NCBI GenBank assembly: GCA_963777505.1
Contig: CAVZQN010000006.1
Coordinates: forward strand, 192,001-256,000
Direction: 5' to 3'
Length of the DNA stretch: 64,000 bases
Origin: an uncultured bacterium
GTDB taxonomy: Bacteria; Acidobacteriota; HRBIN11; JAKEFK01
The notes beneath the pieces were generated by a model. That model was not told the origin of the DNA and searched no databases. It saw only the letters and a list, made by a program, of their open reading frames with translations. Both the position numbers and the translations under genes were made by a program. Shown piece by piece: positions 10,106-19,925 of the stretch. The stretch's first letter is position 1; each line of letters starts with the position of its first letter.

Positions 10106-11335
10106 ATGTTTGACCATCTTAAGAGGAACGGGCAATGGTATTTATTGCTGGTTCTAATGCTTGTTGGGGTTTTTGTTTTCTATTGGTTAAGATGGCATAC
10201 ATTCACGGATTTTGTTTATGCGATTGATCACAATCCCGGGTTCATGCAAGACTTCGTTCGCTATTACTATGAAACGGGCAGGCAAATCCTTCAAAGTTCG
10301 AAGCCCGTTGACGGTTACTTCTACACTTCTTTTTTTGCCATTCTGCTTTCACCAATATCCACACTTCCCATTCCTGCGGCCACTTTCATTTGGACTACGA
10401 TTCAACTTACCTGTCTAATAATTTTTTGCGTAGTATCATCACGCATTTTGAAAATGCCGCCTCTCCAAACGGTACTATTCGCTGGACTGTGTGTAACCTC
10501 CTTCCCAATCCTTCATAACTTAAGGTGGGGGCAGGTGAGCCTTCTCATTACTGTTTGCGTGATGATTGCATTTTTTGTCTGGGAAAAAAATAAACCATCT
10601 TTAGCAGCAATACTGTTGGCATTTGTTTCAGCAATAAAATTTTACCCGGCAATTTTTGGAGTACATTTCCTGCTGAAGCGTGATACGCGTTCCTTCGTTA
10701 TTTTCGTACTGGCGTTGTTTGTCTTTTTTTTTGCAATACCGGCAACCGTGCTTGGTTTTTCAAACTGGCTTGGGTTTGAAAAGACGATTCTTACTGCCAT
10801 TCGTAATTCGGATTGGGTCACATATGATGTTAATTCCCAATACGTTGTGCATGTAGCAAGAAGATGGTTTGAATTTGTTTATGACCGGGCTCCTGATCAT
10901 TGGTTTACACGAATACTGAGCATTACAGGCTATGCAATTGGATTGTCGTGTGTATTTATGGCGTGGTTGCTCTATCGAAGAGAAAGCTTTAGAAGATACG
11001 GTCTACCGCTGGTTGCCATCTTTTTATCGATTCCTTTCGTACTCAAAACTTCATGGCCGCATTACTTTGTATATCTGCCGTTCTGCCAGGCAGCATTACT
11101 GTACTGCTATGCTTCATTTTTCCGGACTTCAATCATATTTGGAAAGGTTCTTTGTTTGCTTCCTTTTTTATCAATGATCCTGTCCAGTATGTTTTTCTTC
11201 AGTCTTTTTATAAGCTGGTCTAGTTATAGTTCGTATGGCATGTTGTTCGTAGCAAATATGCTCTTGTGGATTTCGGTGCCGGTAATACTTTTCGCTCCAA
11301 AGAAAATCTTCGGGATGTCCGGGATACAGCGTTGA
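10106..11335 (+). CDS. GT87/DUF2029-family membrane glycosyltransferase
   Basis: Polytopic; DF..YY, NLRWGQVS, AIKFYP, SWPHYF motifs. Confidence 0.8.
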   Translation: MFDHLKRNGQWYLLLVLMLVGVFVFYWLRWHTFTDFVYAIDHNPGFMQDFVRYYYETGRQILQSSKPVDGYFYTSFFAILLSPISTLPIPAATFIWTTIQLTCLIIFCVVSSRILKMPPLQTVLFAGLCVTSFPILHNLRWGQVSLLITVCVMIAFFVWEKNKPSLAAILLAFVSAIKFYPAIFGVHFLLKRDTRSFVIFVLALFVFFFAIPATVLGFSNWLGFEKTILTAIRNSDWVTYDVNSQYVVHVARRWFEFVYDRAPDHWFTRILSITGYAIGLSCVFMAWLLYRRESFRRYGLPLVAIFLSIPFVLKTSWPHYFVYLPFCQAALLYCYASFFRTSIIFGKVLCLLPFLSMILSSMFFFSLFISWSSYSSYGMLFVANMLLWISVPVILFAPKKIFGMSGIQR

Positions 11336-11429
11336 TTGTGCAACCTTTGAAGGCATTGTAAGCTCTATTAATAAGTGCTGAGTAAGGCTTTGAGATCTGG
11401 CGATCGTTTTGATTAACGGAGGTTAAAAC

Positions 11430-11837
11430 ATGGCGAAAAAGATTTCATTGCTTCTAGGTATTGTGTTCCTGTTGGTGGGAGTTGCCGGTTTCGTCCTTCC
11501 AAATCTGTTAGGTACACATTTGTCGCTGGCTCATAACCTGGTTCATATAATTTCTGGCGCAGTGGCAATTTACTTTGGGACTGCTGGTTCGTTATCTGCG
11601 GCGCGAAGTTTCTGCATTCTATTCGGCATTGTGTATGGATTGCTCGGTGTTGCCGGCTTCTTACTTGGCACATCTGGAACAGTAACCATGGCCGGCATGG
11701 AAAATATGTCGGATGGCCGCTTGTTTAAAGTAATTCCGGGTCAGCTGGAACTTGGAACTATGGATCACATAGTTCATGTTCTTTTAGGTACTGTTTTCTT
11801 GATCGGAGGGCTTGCAACAAGAAAAGATGCGGTTTAA
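11430..11837 (+). CDS. Small membrane protein, DUF4383-like
   Basis: About four TM helices, HNLVHIISG and DHIVHVLLG; GGAGG RBS. Confidence 0.75.
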   Translation: MAKKISLLLGIVFLLVGVAGFVLPNLLGTHLSLAHNLVHIISGAVAIYFGTAGSLSAARSFCILFGIVYGLLGVAGFLLGTSGTVTMAGMENMSDGRLFKVIPGQLELGTMDHIVHVLLGTVFLIGGLATRKDAV

Positions 11838-11869
11838 CTTTTGATTTTTGTTGTAAAAGAATTTATCTC

Positions 11870-11900
11870 AAAGGCGTCCGTGAATTGCGGACGCCTTTTT
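11870..11900 (+). terminator. Intrinsic terminator
   Basis: AAAGGCGTCCG-TGAATTG-CGGACGCCTTTTT. Confidence 0.8.
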
Positions 11901-12015
11901 GTTTCAAGCATCGTCAATCAAATTCCTCGAAAACGTCGTCGACATGAGAAGTTCCGAGCAGGATTTGTCTTGATCATTCAGGAAATATACAGATATTGAG
12001 TCATATGGTGAAAAA

Positions 12016-14220
12016 ATGAGGCTTGTAATCGTCTCAAACAGGCTCCCCTTTTCTGTTCAGATTCGAGAAGATGGGATCGATTTTCAAAAAAGCCCAGGCG
12101 GCCTTGTGTCGGGACTTTCCTCGTACCTTGCGAGTGAACAGAAAGGTCCGGCTGATGGCGAATTTTTGTGGGTTGGCTGGCCCGGTCAATCAGTTTCTGA
12201 AGAGTGGCAGCAGCCAATGATCGATCGCGCCGGTACTGAATACAAATCGTACCCTGTCTTTCTGACAGAAGATTCAATGGAGATGTTTTATCATGGTTTT
12301 TGTAACAGTACGATCTGGCCGCTTTTTCATTACTTCCCGAGTTACGCACGATTCAATCCTGAACACTGGCAGCAATACAAAGAAGTCAATCGCATCTTCT
12401 GTGATGCAGTAGTCAACGTCGCAAGACCAGATGATCTAATCTGGATTCAGGATTATCACTTAATGTTGCTTCCACAAATGTTGAGAGAACGTTTGCCGAA
12501 TGCGTCGATCGGATTTTTTCTGCATATACCCTTCCCATCGTTTGAGGTTTTTCGAATGCTTCCAAAAGTTTGGCGAGCAAACATCCTTTTGGGATTGCTT
12601 GGTGCTGATCTTATCGGCTTTCACACGCATCATTACACACAATATTTCCTCCGTTGCGTGCTTCGAATTCTTGGCTATGAGCACTCATCCGGTCAGATCA
12701 CTTTTGGAAATAGGCTTGCGGTCGCAGACACTTTTCCGATGGGTATCGAATTTAAGAAATTTCAGGAAGGCGCGAAAACGCCTGAGGCTGTTCAAGAACA
12801 TTCAACGTTGCAACAAAGTTTTGGAGATCGTCGAGTTATTCTGTCAGTTGATCGTTTGGATTATTCAAAAGGAATTATCAATCGACTGCAAGGATTTGAA
12901 ATTTTTCTTGAACGAAATGAAAAATGGCACGAGCGTGTAACTCTTTTGCTCGTTGTTGTTCCATCAAGAATTGGAGTCGAACACTACCAGTTCTTAAAAC
13001 AACAAATTGATGAAATGGTTGGAAAAGTGAACGGCAAATTTGGAACGATCAATTGGACTCCAATTGTTTATCAGTATCGTTCATTAGATTTTGAACCTCT
13101 CGTGGCTCTTTATCGTGCTAGCGATATAGCCCTGATTACACCTTTACGCGATGGAATGAACTTGATCTCAAAAGAGTATATAGCCTCACGTGTCGATCAA
13201 ACGGGGGTTCTCATTCTGAGTGAAATGGCAGGAGCTTCAAGCGAGCTAGGGGAGGCAATCATCATTAATCCGAACAACCATGAAGAGATTTCTGATGCAA
13301 TCACTGAAGCTCTTGAAATGCCTGAAGGTGAACAAAAGCGCCGGATCTCAATGATGCAAAGACGTTTAGAACATTATGATGTTGTTCATTGGGCGGGTGA
13401 ATTCTTAAAAAGATTGAATTCAACAAAACAACACCAGCGTGAAATGTCTTCCAGAATTCTCAGCCATGTGCATGTTGAAGAACTTCTGAGGCGTTATAAG
13501 AACGCAACACAAAGACTTTTATTGCAGGATTATGATGGAACGTTGGTGCAGTATGCCCTCATCCCGGAAGAAGCAAAACCGCAAGAAGCTGTTCTAAACC
13601 TTCTTCGTAAGCTTGCAGGAAGTTCAAAAAATGATCTGGTCCTCATTAGCGGTCGCGATAAAAATACGCTGGATGAATGGTTTGATGATATCCCTGCGGG
13701 CCTTATAGGGGAGCATGGTGCCTGGCTCAGAGAAAGGAATCAGCAATGGCAGAATCCATTTCCTCAAAACTCATCAACGTGGAAGACTCAAATCAGGCAA
13801 ATACTTGAATTGTTCGTTGACCGATTGCCAGGTTCCTTCATTGAAGAAAAAGAATTTACCCTGGTATGGCATTTTCGGAAGGCTGACCTTGAGTTCAGTT
13901 CTGTTCTGGCAAAAGAACTTGCGGACCATCTTCAAAGTTTTGCCGCTTCCATGAATATTCAGGTGATTCTTGGAAACAGGAATGTAGAGATTCGTAATAC
14001 GGGAATCAACAAAGGAACTGCCGCAACTTTCTGGATGGCAAGGAAATCTTACGATTTTATTTTGGCACTGGGTGATGATACGACTGATGAAGATTTATTC
14101 AGGAGCCTTCCCGAGCAAGCCTACTCAGTTAAGGTTGGTACGGGAAAATCTGCGGCACGATTCAATTTGGTCTCGCCCTCTGATGCACTCCAGCTATTAA
14201 GCAGGCTCGCCGAAAACTAA
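12016..14220 (+). CDS. otsAB: Bifunctional trehalose-6-phosphate synthase/phosphatase (OtsA-OtsB fusion)
   Basis: VSNRLP, GGLVS, WIQDYHL, FFLHIPFPS, DRLDYSKG, RDGMNL (GT20) plus HAD motifs DYDGTL and GDDTTDEDLF. Confidence 0.95.
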   Translation: MRLVIVSNRLPFSVQIREDGIDFQKSPGGLVSGLSSYLASEQKGPADGEFLWVGWPGQSVSEEWQQPMIDRAGTEYKSYPVFLTEDSMEMFYHGFCNSTIWPLFHYFPSYARFNPEHWQQYKEVNRIFCDAVVNVARPDDLIWIQDYHLMLLPQMLRERLPNASIGFFLHIPFPSFEVFRMLPKVWRANILLGLLGADLIGFHTHHYTQYFLRCVLRILGYEHSSGQITFGNRLAVADTFPMGIEFKKFQEGAKTPEAVQEHSTLQQSFGDRRVILSVDRLDYSKGIINRLQGFEIFLERNEKWHERVTLLLVVVPSRIGVEHYQFLKQQIDEMVGKVNGKFGTINWTPIVYQYRSLDFEPLVALYRASDIALITPLRDGMNLISKEYIASRVDQTGVLILSEMAGASSELGEAIIINPNNHEEISDAITEALEMPEGEQKRRISMMQRRLEHYDVVHWAGEFLKRLNSTKQHQREMSSRILSHVHVEELLRRYKNATQRLLLQDYDGTLVQYALIPEEAKPQEAVLNLLRKLAGSSKNDLVLISGRDKNTLDEWFDDIPAGLIGEHGAWLRERNQQWQNPFPQNSSTWKTQIRQILELFVDRLPGSFIEEKEFTLVWHFRKADLEFSSVLAKELADHLQSFAASMNIQVILGNRNVEIRNTGINKGTAATFWMARKSYDFILALGDDTTDEDLFRSLPEQAYSVKVGTGKSAARFNLVSPSDALQLLSRLAEN

Positions 14221-14257
14221 TTACTCACCAGTTCTTTCGTCGGTTAGAATAAGAGCG

Positions 14258-15619
14258 GTGATGAACGGCACGATCCCTGCTCGCTTCTTTGCTTATGCTT
14301 TGCTGTTTATACCAGTAACAATTCTGCCCTTATTTCTTTCCGGTAATGCCACCGCGTTTGTTTCAAATACTTATGGCCGAAGTTACACGCATTTTGAATT
14401 GTTGGGTTTCAGTGCAAGCGTCTGGTTGATTCTTGTTGCGTGGAATGAATTTCGACAACGCAGTGGTACTTCATCCGAAAAATTAATAATTCTTATTCCC
14501 TGGCTTCTAACAGGATTCTTTTTTCTAACGTTCGTTGTCGAATATTCCGCCGAGTCGTTGGATTACTTTAATTACAAAACTGCGGCAATGGCAATTCTGG
14601 AAGGAAAGAATCCTTATTCACCAAAAACGTACATTTATCCGCCGCTTACGGCACAGTTGCTTGCAGGCGCTTTCTTTTTGATTCGTTCCACGCTTTTATC
14701 GATGGGCTCCAATGCTGGAGAAAACATCGTATGGAACCTGGTCTTCTATTTCTATCAATGCCTCCAATTCTTTCTGGCAGTTCTTGCATTTTGGCTGTGT
14801 TACCGCTTGATCAGAATATTCGACCGCGACCGCTTGCGCTCAGCGATTCTTTTAACTGCTCTGATGATATTTAACAATCCGATGATCCGGACCTTGCGCC
14901 ACAACCAGGTCAATTTGCTTGTGCTTGATCTTTTGGTCATTGCGATTCTTTTTTCGATTCAGCATCCGTGGTTCAGTGGGTTTTTTAATGCGATAGCATG
15001 TCATATCAAGCTATATCCGTTTGTATTTCTGCTTCCCTGGGCAATCAAGAGACGATGGCTTCCTGCGGTTGCAACAATTGTTTTTTTCTTTCTCATTGTT
15101 TTGGCGCAAGCAGTAACAGGTAACGGTCTTGATCTATGGAAGCAATTCTTAGCCCTCTTTGCAGAGTTTCCCAAAGGCCACTATTTCCGTGATAACAGCA
15201 TTCACTCTGTAATTTTCAACACGCTTTATTTTCTGATGCTTCCTTTTCGCAAGCCTGGAATGGAACTTCTTTTCGTTTCTAAAGTTGCACATATTCTCAT
15301 TTCTATTTTTCTTGTCTTAATCTTCATCAACCGATGGCGCCGGCAGCAGGATCATGAAATGATTGCGGTACTTGAATCGATTCCATTAATCCTGCTCCTT
15401 TCTCCGCTTGTCTGGGAACATCACTTCATTCTTCTTCTGCCATACGCATTGTGGAACTTATCCAGGGCAAACCATCCACTTCGTGCACGTGCTTTTCTCG
15501 GTGCGTTAATGATTTTTGCGATTCCTACATTCGACTTTTTTCCGTTCAGTTATCACCGCATGGTAGGGATGATTTTGATGCTTTCTTCCACGCCGGGATG
15601 GAAATGGAACAAACCATAA
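14258..15619 (+). CDS. GT87/DUF2029-family membrane glycosyltransferase
   Basis: YIYPPL, HNQVN, HIKLYP, SPLVWEHH; polytopic. Confidence 0.8.
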   Translation: MMNGTIPARFFAYALLFIPVTILPLFLSGNATAFVSNTYGRSYTHFELLGFSASVWLILVAWNEFRQRSGTSSEKLIILIPWLLTGFFFLTFVVEYSAESLDYFNYKTAAMAILEGKNPYSPKTYIYPPLTAQLLAGAFFLIRSTLLSMGSNAGENIVWNLVFYFYQCLQFFLAVLAFWLCYRLIRIFDRDRLRSAILLTALMIFNNPMIRTLRHNQVNLLVLDLLVIAILFSIQHPWFSGFFNAIACHIKLYPFVFLLPWAIKRRWLPAVATIVFFFLIVLAQAVTGNGLDLWKQFLALFAEFPKGHYFRDNSIHSVIFNTLYFLMLPFRKPGMELLFVSKVAHILISIFLVLIFINRWRRQQDHEMIAVLESIPLILLLSPLVWEHHFILLLPYALWNLSRANHPLRARAFLGALMIFAIPTFDFFPFSYHRMVGMILMLSSTPGWKWNKP

Positions 15620-17955
15620 CGTTCAGATCCATCTTTAAAGAAAAGGAATTCTGGCTTCTTTGTGTTCTTGGAGTGCTGACGTTTCCAGGCACAATCATCG
15701 GAGAAACTTTCTTTTACCGCGATTTGTATCTGCATTATCTTCCGCAAAAAAGACTGTTGAGCCAGATGATTCTGCAAGGAGAATTGCCATTATGGAATCC
15801 ATATTTGCATGGCGGGCAGCCATTTCTTGCGGAGATTGATTTCAGCGTTTTATATCCATCCAATCTTCTTTATTTATTTTTGCCCGCGTATGCCGCATTT
15901 AATATCGACATCGTTGGCCACGTTATTTTTGGGGCACTTGGAGCGTATTGCCTCGCTCGTTTTTCAGGTCTTTCAAAGCTTTCTAGCGCAGTGTGTGGCG
16001 TTGTGTTTGGATTCTGCGGATATTCGCTTTCGATTATTAATCTAATGAACCGGATGCTCGCTCATCCTTATTTGCCGTGGTTGTGTGTTTTCTGGCACCG
16101 TCTGCTGATGGAAAAAAGGCCGCATTGGTTTTTCCTTGGCGTTTTGTTCGGCACGTTTCAGATTTTTGCCGGCGCCCCAGAATCGACACTCATCGCTTAT
16201 CTCTTGCTGCTGATCTGGTCCATTGGGGGCAGTTATGATTTACAAATCCGCAAAAGGATTATCTTGTTGGCTTTGCTGGGAATCAGTACAGCACTCGTTT
16301 CAGCCGTGCAATTGATCCCAACTTTCGAAATGACTTCGGTGTCTTCCCGTGCAATTCCCGGATCGTTCGAAATATTCAGCCAGTGGTCAGTACACGTTAA
16401 AAGAATTCCCGAAATATTTTCCCCAAATTTTTTCGGACGTACGGATACGCTTGCAGCAACGGATTATTGGGGGACCCGAGTTGAAGATTTTGGATTTCCG
16501 TACATTTTAAGCATTTATTTCGGCGTGCCTTCGATCCTGCTTGCGATAGTTGGGATTCAACGAAAGAAATTGCATTATGCGTTAGCTGCAACAATTCTCC
16601 TGGCTGTTCTTTTTTCGCTTGGAAGATATTTTCCATTAACACGCGTTTTGTATGAAATTCTGCCGGGATTGGATCGCTTTCGGTATCCAGTAAAGTTTTT
16701 GTGTCTTGCTATTGTGCCACTGAGTTATCTTGCTGCAGCTGGTTTTGAGAAGCACTGGAATTCGGAATTATGGCGACCCAAACGAACTCTGTTGATTATT
16801 CTTTGGTCCACCTGCGGCTTGCTAATTCTGCTGATACTGGTTCTGAAGTCTGGCAATTCTGTGGAAAAATTTGCGCGTGCATTCTTTGAATTGCCATCGA
16901 CACAGGCAATTCAATCCGGATTACTTCAGTCCATCTTTCATACGTTGTTAGTTGTTCTTCTTTTGAGCCTGGTTTATACGCTTCGGAACATGCGTGCAAG
17001 CGTGTGGCAGAAAGTCGCGATTTTCGGAATTGTTGCTTTTGATTTGATCATTGCTGGCAGGAATTTGAATCCTCTCGCACCTGTTTCATTTTATGATCAA
17101 ACTCCCGATGTAGTGAATCTAGTCCGGAAAGAAATCGATGGCGGAAGATTTTATCGAACGCCTAATCCTCCTGGGATTGCTTTAAACGCTCCAACGAATG
17201 ACGTCATCTGGCAATATCGCTGGAATCAGGAGGTCTTATCGGAACATCTTGCAACGTCATATGGAATTCCAATGATCTTCCATGGAGACATCGATGGCCT
17301 TGCGCAAAAAAGGCTAATAGATTTGACGAATGCTCTCAATGTTCTTCCATGGTCGAAACGGATTCCAGTTTTGTCTGCCGCAGGTGTAACTGTAATCATG
17401 ACCCACGAAAAACTAGAACTTCCAGGAATAGAGCCTGCCTACGTTTTGCGAAATCGCAGCAATGTACCTTTTTATTTGTATCGAAACCGACGGGCCGTTT
17501 TGCCTGCTGCCAGAATTGATAATGTAGAAAAAATAAATGACTTTCGAGCCACGCTAAACTTTATGACTTCAGAAGATTATTCTCCGGAGATTGCTGGCGT
17601 GACTGATGATGAAGTACAACCGTTGAGTCACTGCGAAGATTCGACCGCTTCTGTTCAATTGTTGCGAGCAACTTTCCGTGAAATGGAATACGAAACTTCG
17701 GGAAACTGCAATGCGATGTTAACTGTAGCTCTTCCGTTTTATAACGGTTGGAAAGTTTTCATCAATGATGAACCCGCATCGATTCGTAGAATGAACTGGG
17801 CGTTCAGTGGTGTGCAGGCCGGACCAAAGAGTCAACGCATTTTTCTTCTTTATTCTCCGGGCTCAGTAAAACTCGGCGCGCTTATTTCTGTGATTTCTAT
17901 CATAGTGCTTTTAATAATTACGGTTAGAATAAATCATGCCGCTCGGAAGACGTGA
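15598..17955 (+). CDS. YfhO-family membrane protein (GT-C like); start approximate
   Basis: FYRD, LPLWNPYLHGGQPFLA, FRYPVKF, FYNGWKVFIN; overlaps the upstream GT87 stop. Confidence 0.8.
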   Translation: MEMEQTITFRSIFKEKEFWLLCVLGVLTFPGTIIGETFFYRDLYLHYLPQKRLLSQMILQGELPLWNPYLHGGQPFLAEIDFSVLYPSNLLYLFLPAYAAFNIDIVGHVIFGALGAYCLARFSGLSKLSSAVCGVVFGFCGYSLSIINLMNRMLAHPYLPWLCVFWHRLLMEKRPHWFFLGVLFGTFQIFAGAPESTLIAYLLLLIWSIGGSYDLQIRKRIILLALLGISTALVSAVQLIPTFEMTSVSSRAIPGSFEIFSQWSVHVKRIPEIFSPNFFGRTDTLAATDYWGTRVEDFGFPYILSIYFGVPSILLAIVGIQRKKLHYALAATILLAVLFSLGRYFPLTRVLYEILPGLDRFRYPVKFLCLAIVPLSYLAAAGFEKHWNSELWRPKRTLLIILWSTCGLLILLILVLKSGNSVEKFARAFFELPSTQAIQSGLLQSIFHTLLVVLLLSLVYTLRNMRASVWQKVAIFGIVAFDLIIAGRNLNPLAPVSFYDQTPDVVNLVRKEIDGGRFYRTPNPPGIALNAPTNDVIWQYRWNQEVLSEHLATSYGIPMIFHGDIDGLAQKRLIDLTNALNVLPWSKRIPVLSAAGVTVIMTHEKLELPGIEPAYVLRNRSNVPFYLYRNRRAVLPAARIDNVEKINDFRATLNFMTSEDYSPEIAGVTDDEVQPLSHCEDSTASVQLLRATFREMEYETSGNCNAMLTVALPFYNGWKVFINDEPASIRRMNWAFSGVQAGPKSQRIFLLYSPGSVKLGALISVISIIVLLIITVRINHAARKT

Positions 17956-19156
17956 TTTTATTAAACTTTTACCCGCTGTATTGTTGCTTCCTGATATTCC
18001 AAAAGTAATTCCTTTTCGTACACGGAAACGAGCACGCGAAGTCGGTATTCGAATCGGCAGAATGCAACCTGGAAAATGGAATGCAATTACAGATGTCCCT
18101 GGCTTAAAAGTCGGTCACACCACAATTATCCGGGGTTCAGGAAAGTTGCAGGTTGGCGTTGGGCCCGTGAGAACAGGAGTCACCGTTGTCATTCCTCATG
18201 AAAGAATTTCAGATGAATATGTTCCCGCGGGCTATCACAGTTTGAATGGAAATGGTGAAGTTACAGGCCTTCTGCAGATTGAATCGATGGGTGTAATCGG
18301 TTCACCAATCTGTTTTACAAACACATCCAGCGTAGGGATGGTGTATGACGCGTTGTTATCGAAACTTCCAACAAATGGGTTGATGCCGGTTGTTGGTGAA
18401 ACGTGGGATGCACATCTAAACGATATTGAAGGACGGCATGTTCATGCTTCCGATGTATATGCGGCAATGGAAACGGCAGCTTCAGGTCCCGTTGCTGAAG
18501 GGAGTGTTGGCGGCGGTACTGGAATGATTTCCTACGGCTTTAAAGGTGGGATTGGAACTTCGTCGCGGCGGCTTCCAGAAGACTTATCAAAATACACAGT
18601 CGGTGTGCTGGTCCAGGCAAATCACGGAGCACGTGAAGAATTCAGGATTGATGGTGTTCCCGTTGGCCAGGAGCTTTTGAAAATTGTACCCGAACCGGAT
18701 GGAGCATCGAGTCTGAGTTCAATCCTGATTGTGATAGCAACGGATGCCCCTTTGCTTGATTATCAGCTCAACCGTCTCGCGCGACGCGGTGCAATGGGGT
18801 TAGCACGCACAGGAACTGTTGCGCGAAACTCAAGTGGTGATTTTATTCTTGCCTTTTCAACAGCGAATCGGATTCCTTCCGAAAATTTCTGGAAAGGCAA
18901 AACATATTCTCTTCAATCCATTGAACAGTTTGATATTCAACCTGTCTTAGATGCCGTTGCCGAAGCAACAGATGAAGCAATTGTGAACGCATTGTTTGCA
19001 TCAGGTGACATGACGGGTAGAGATGATCACAAAGTTTTCGGGCTTCCGATCGATCGTGTTTTAAAAATTATGGAACGTCACAAACGTTTATTTAGTAACG
19101 AAGAAAACCGCAAAGTCGCAAGATTCTTTTTTAACGCCGAGAACGCCGAGACTTAA
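17936..19156 (+). CDS. P1/S58 family (DmpA-like) aminopeptidase with Tat signal
   Basis: GRRDFIK twin-arginine motif; NAITDVPG, NGNGE, VGGGTGM, SSILIVIATDAPL, SSGD. Confidence 0.92.
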   Translation: MPLGRRDFIKLLPAVLLLPDIPKVIPFRTRKRAREVGIRIGRMQPGKWNAITDVPGLKVGHTTIIRGSGKLQVGVGPVRTGVTVVIPHERISDEYVPAGYHSLNGNGEVTGLLQIESMGVIGSPICFTNTSSVGMVYDALLSKLPTNGLMPVVGETWDAHLNDIEGRHVHASDVYAAMETAASGPVAEGSVGGGTGMISYGFKGGIGTSSRRLPEDLSKYTVGVLVQANHGAREEFRIDGVPVGQELLKIVPEPDGASSLSSILIVIATDAPLLDYQLNRLARRGAMGLARTGTVARNSSGDFILAFSTANRIPSENFWKGKTYSLQSIEQFDIQPVLDAVAEATDEAIVNALFASGDMTGRDDHKVFGLPIDRVLKIMERHKRLFSNEENRKVARFFFNAENAET

Positions 19157-19198
19157 AAGAAGAAAAAAAAATACTCGGCGTCCTCGGCGTTGAAAAAA
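19127..19198. repeat. Inverted repeat of (A/G)ACGCCGAG nonamers overlapping the peptidase stop codon
   Basis: AACGCCGAGAACGCCGAG ... CTCGGCGTCCTCGGCGTT with an A-rich loop. Confidence 0.85.
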
Positions 19199-19200
19199 AT

Positions 19201-19800
19201 ATGTTTACCCTAGTTGAATTGCCGTTTTGTAAAGTGCTGATGGTTGAAGCATGGAACGCACCTGTTGGTCGATATTTTATTGCCTATAGAGCACTCGATA
19301 ATTTCAGTGCCGCCATTGGATTACCTGTAATCGATGAGTTTGGAACGTTCTCCTCGCCGATTTATTTTTGTCCAACTCCGCTGATCGGAAAAATCTACAA
19401 CGCAGGAATTACACTTGGACATAATCGAGATCCTGAAATGGGAATCGATTTAGGTTGGCCGCCTCTTGTGATCGGTAATGATGCGCAATTACCGGAGTTA
19501 CCAGAAAATTGGGAAAATGATTTATTGATAGCAGTAAAAAAAGCGGAGGTGCAGAGGGGCGGAGGAGCGGAGGAATATCAACTCAAAAAGTTGAAAGTTG
19601 AAAACACGGAAGTTTACGTCACGGATGCACCGTTGTTGCCAAAACAACTCAAAAGACTTGCGCAACAAAGCGATGCATCTTTTAGCATTGCATTGTCCAT
19701 CGGAAATCGCCTCATCAGTCAAAAAAATAGCGCTCCACTTAGCGTAGAAGTTGCATCGGAAGCCTCCCTGAGCCAAATTTTAGCCTTAGCAAAGCGCTAG
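19201..19800 (+). CDS. Shortened, degenerate P1/DmpA-family paralogue
   Basis: IDEFGTFSSPIYF, VTDAPLLPKQLKRLA and FSIALSIGN are colinear with the upstream DmpA; NGxGE and the Ser cleavage site are absent. Confidence 0.65.
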   Translation: MFTLVELPFCKVLMVEAWNAPVGRYFIAYRALDNFSAAIGLPVIDEFGTFSSPIYFCPTPLIGKIYNAGITLGHNRDPEMGIDLGWPPLVIGNDAQLPELPENWENDLLIAVKKAEVQRGGGAEEYQLKKLKVENTEVYVTDAPLLPKQLKRLAQQSDASFSIALSIGNRLISQKNSAPLSVEVASEASLSQILALAKR

Positions 19801-19879
19801 GCCGATGTTTCGCGTTGTTTCTGCGTTTTTCAATGATTTTCAGTGAATTACGCAAAAATCTTTGTGTACCCAGATTGTT

Positions 19880-19896
19880 AGCGTTATAATTACGCT
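19880..19896 (+). promoter_or_regulatory. -10 box TATAAT flanked by AGCGT/ACGCT dyad (candidate operator)
   Basis: AGCGT-TATAATT-ACGCT about 30 nt upstream of the aminotransferase ATG. Confidence 0.45.
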
Positions 19897-19925
19897 TTAC
19901 CCGCCAGGGAACGGATTTAATACCG

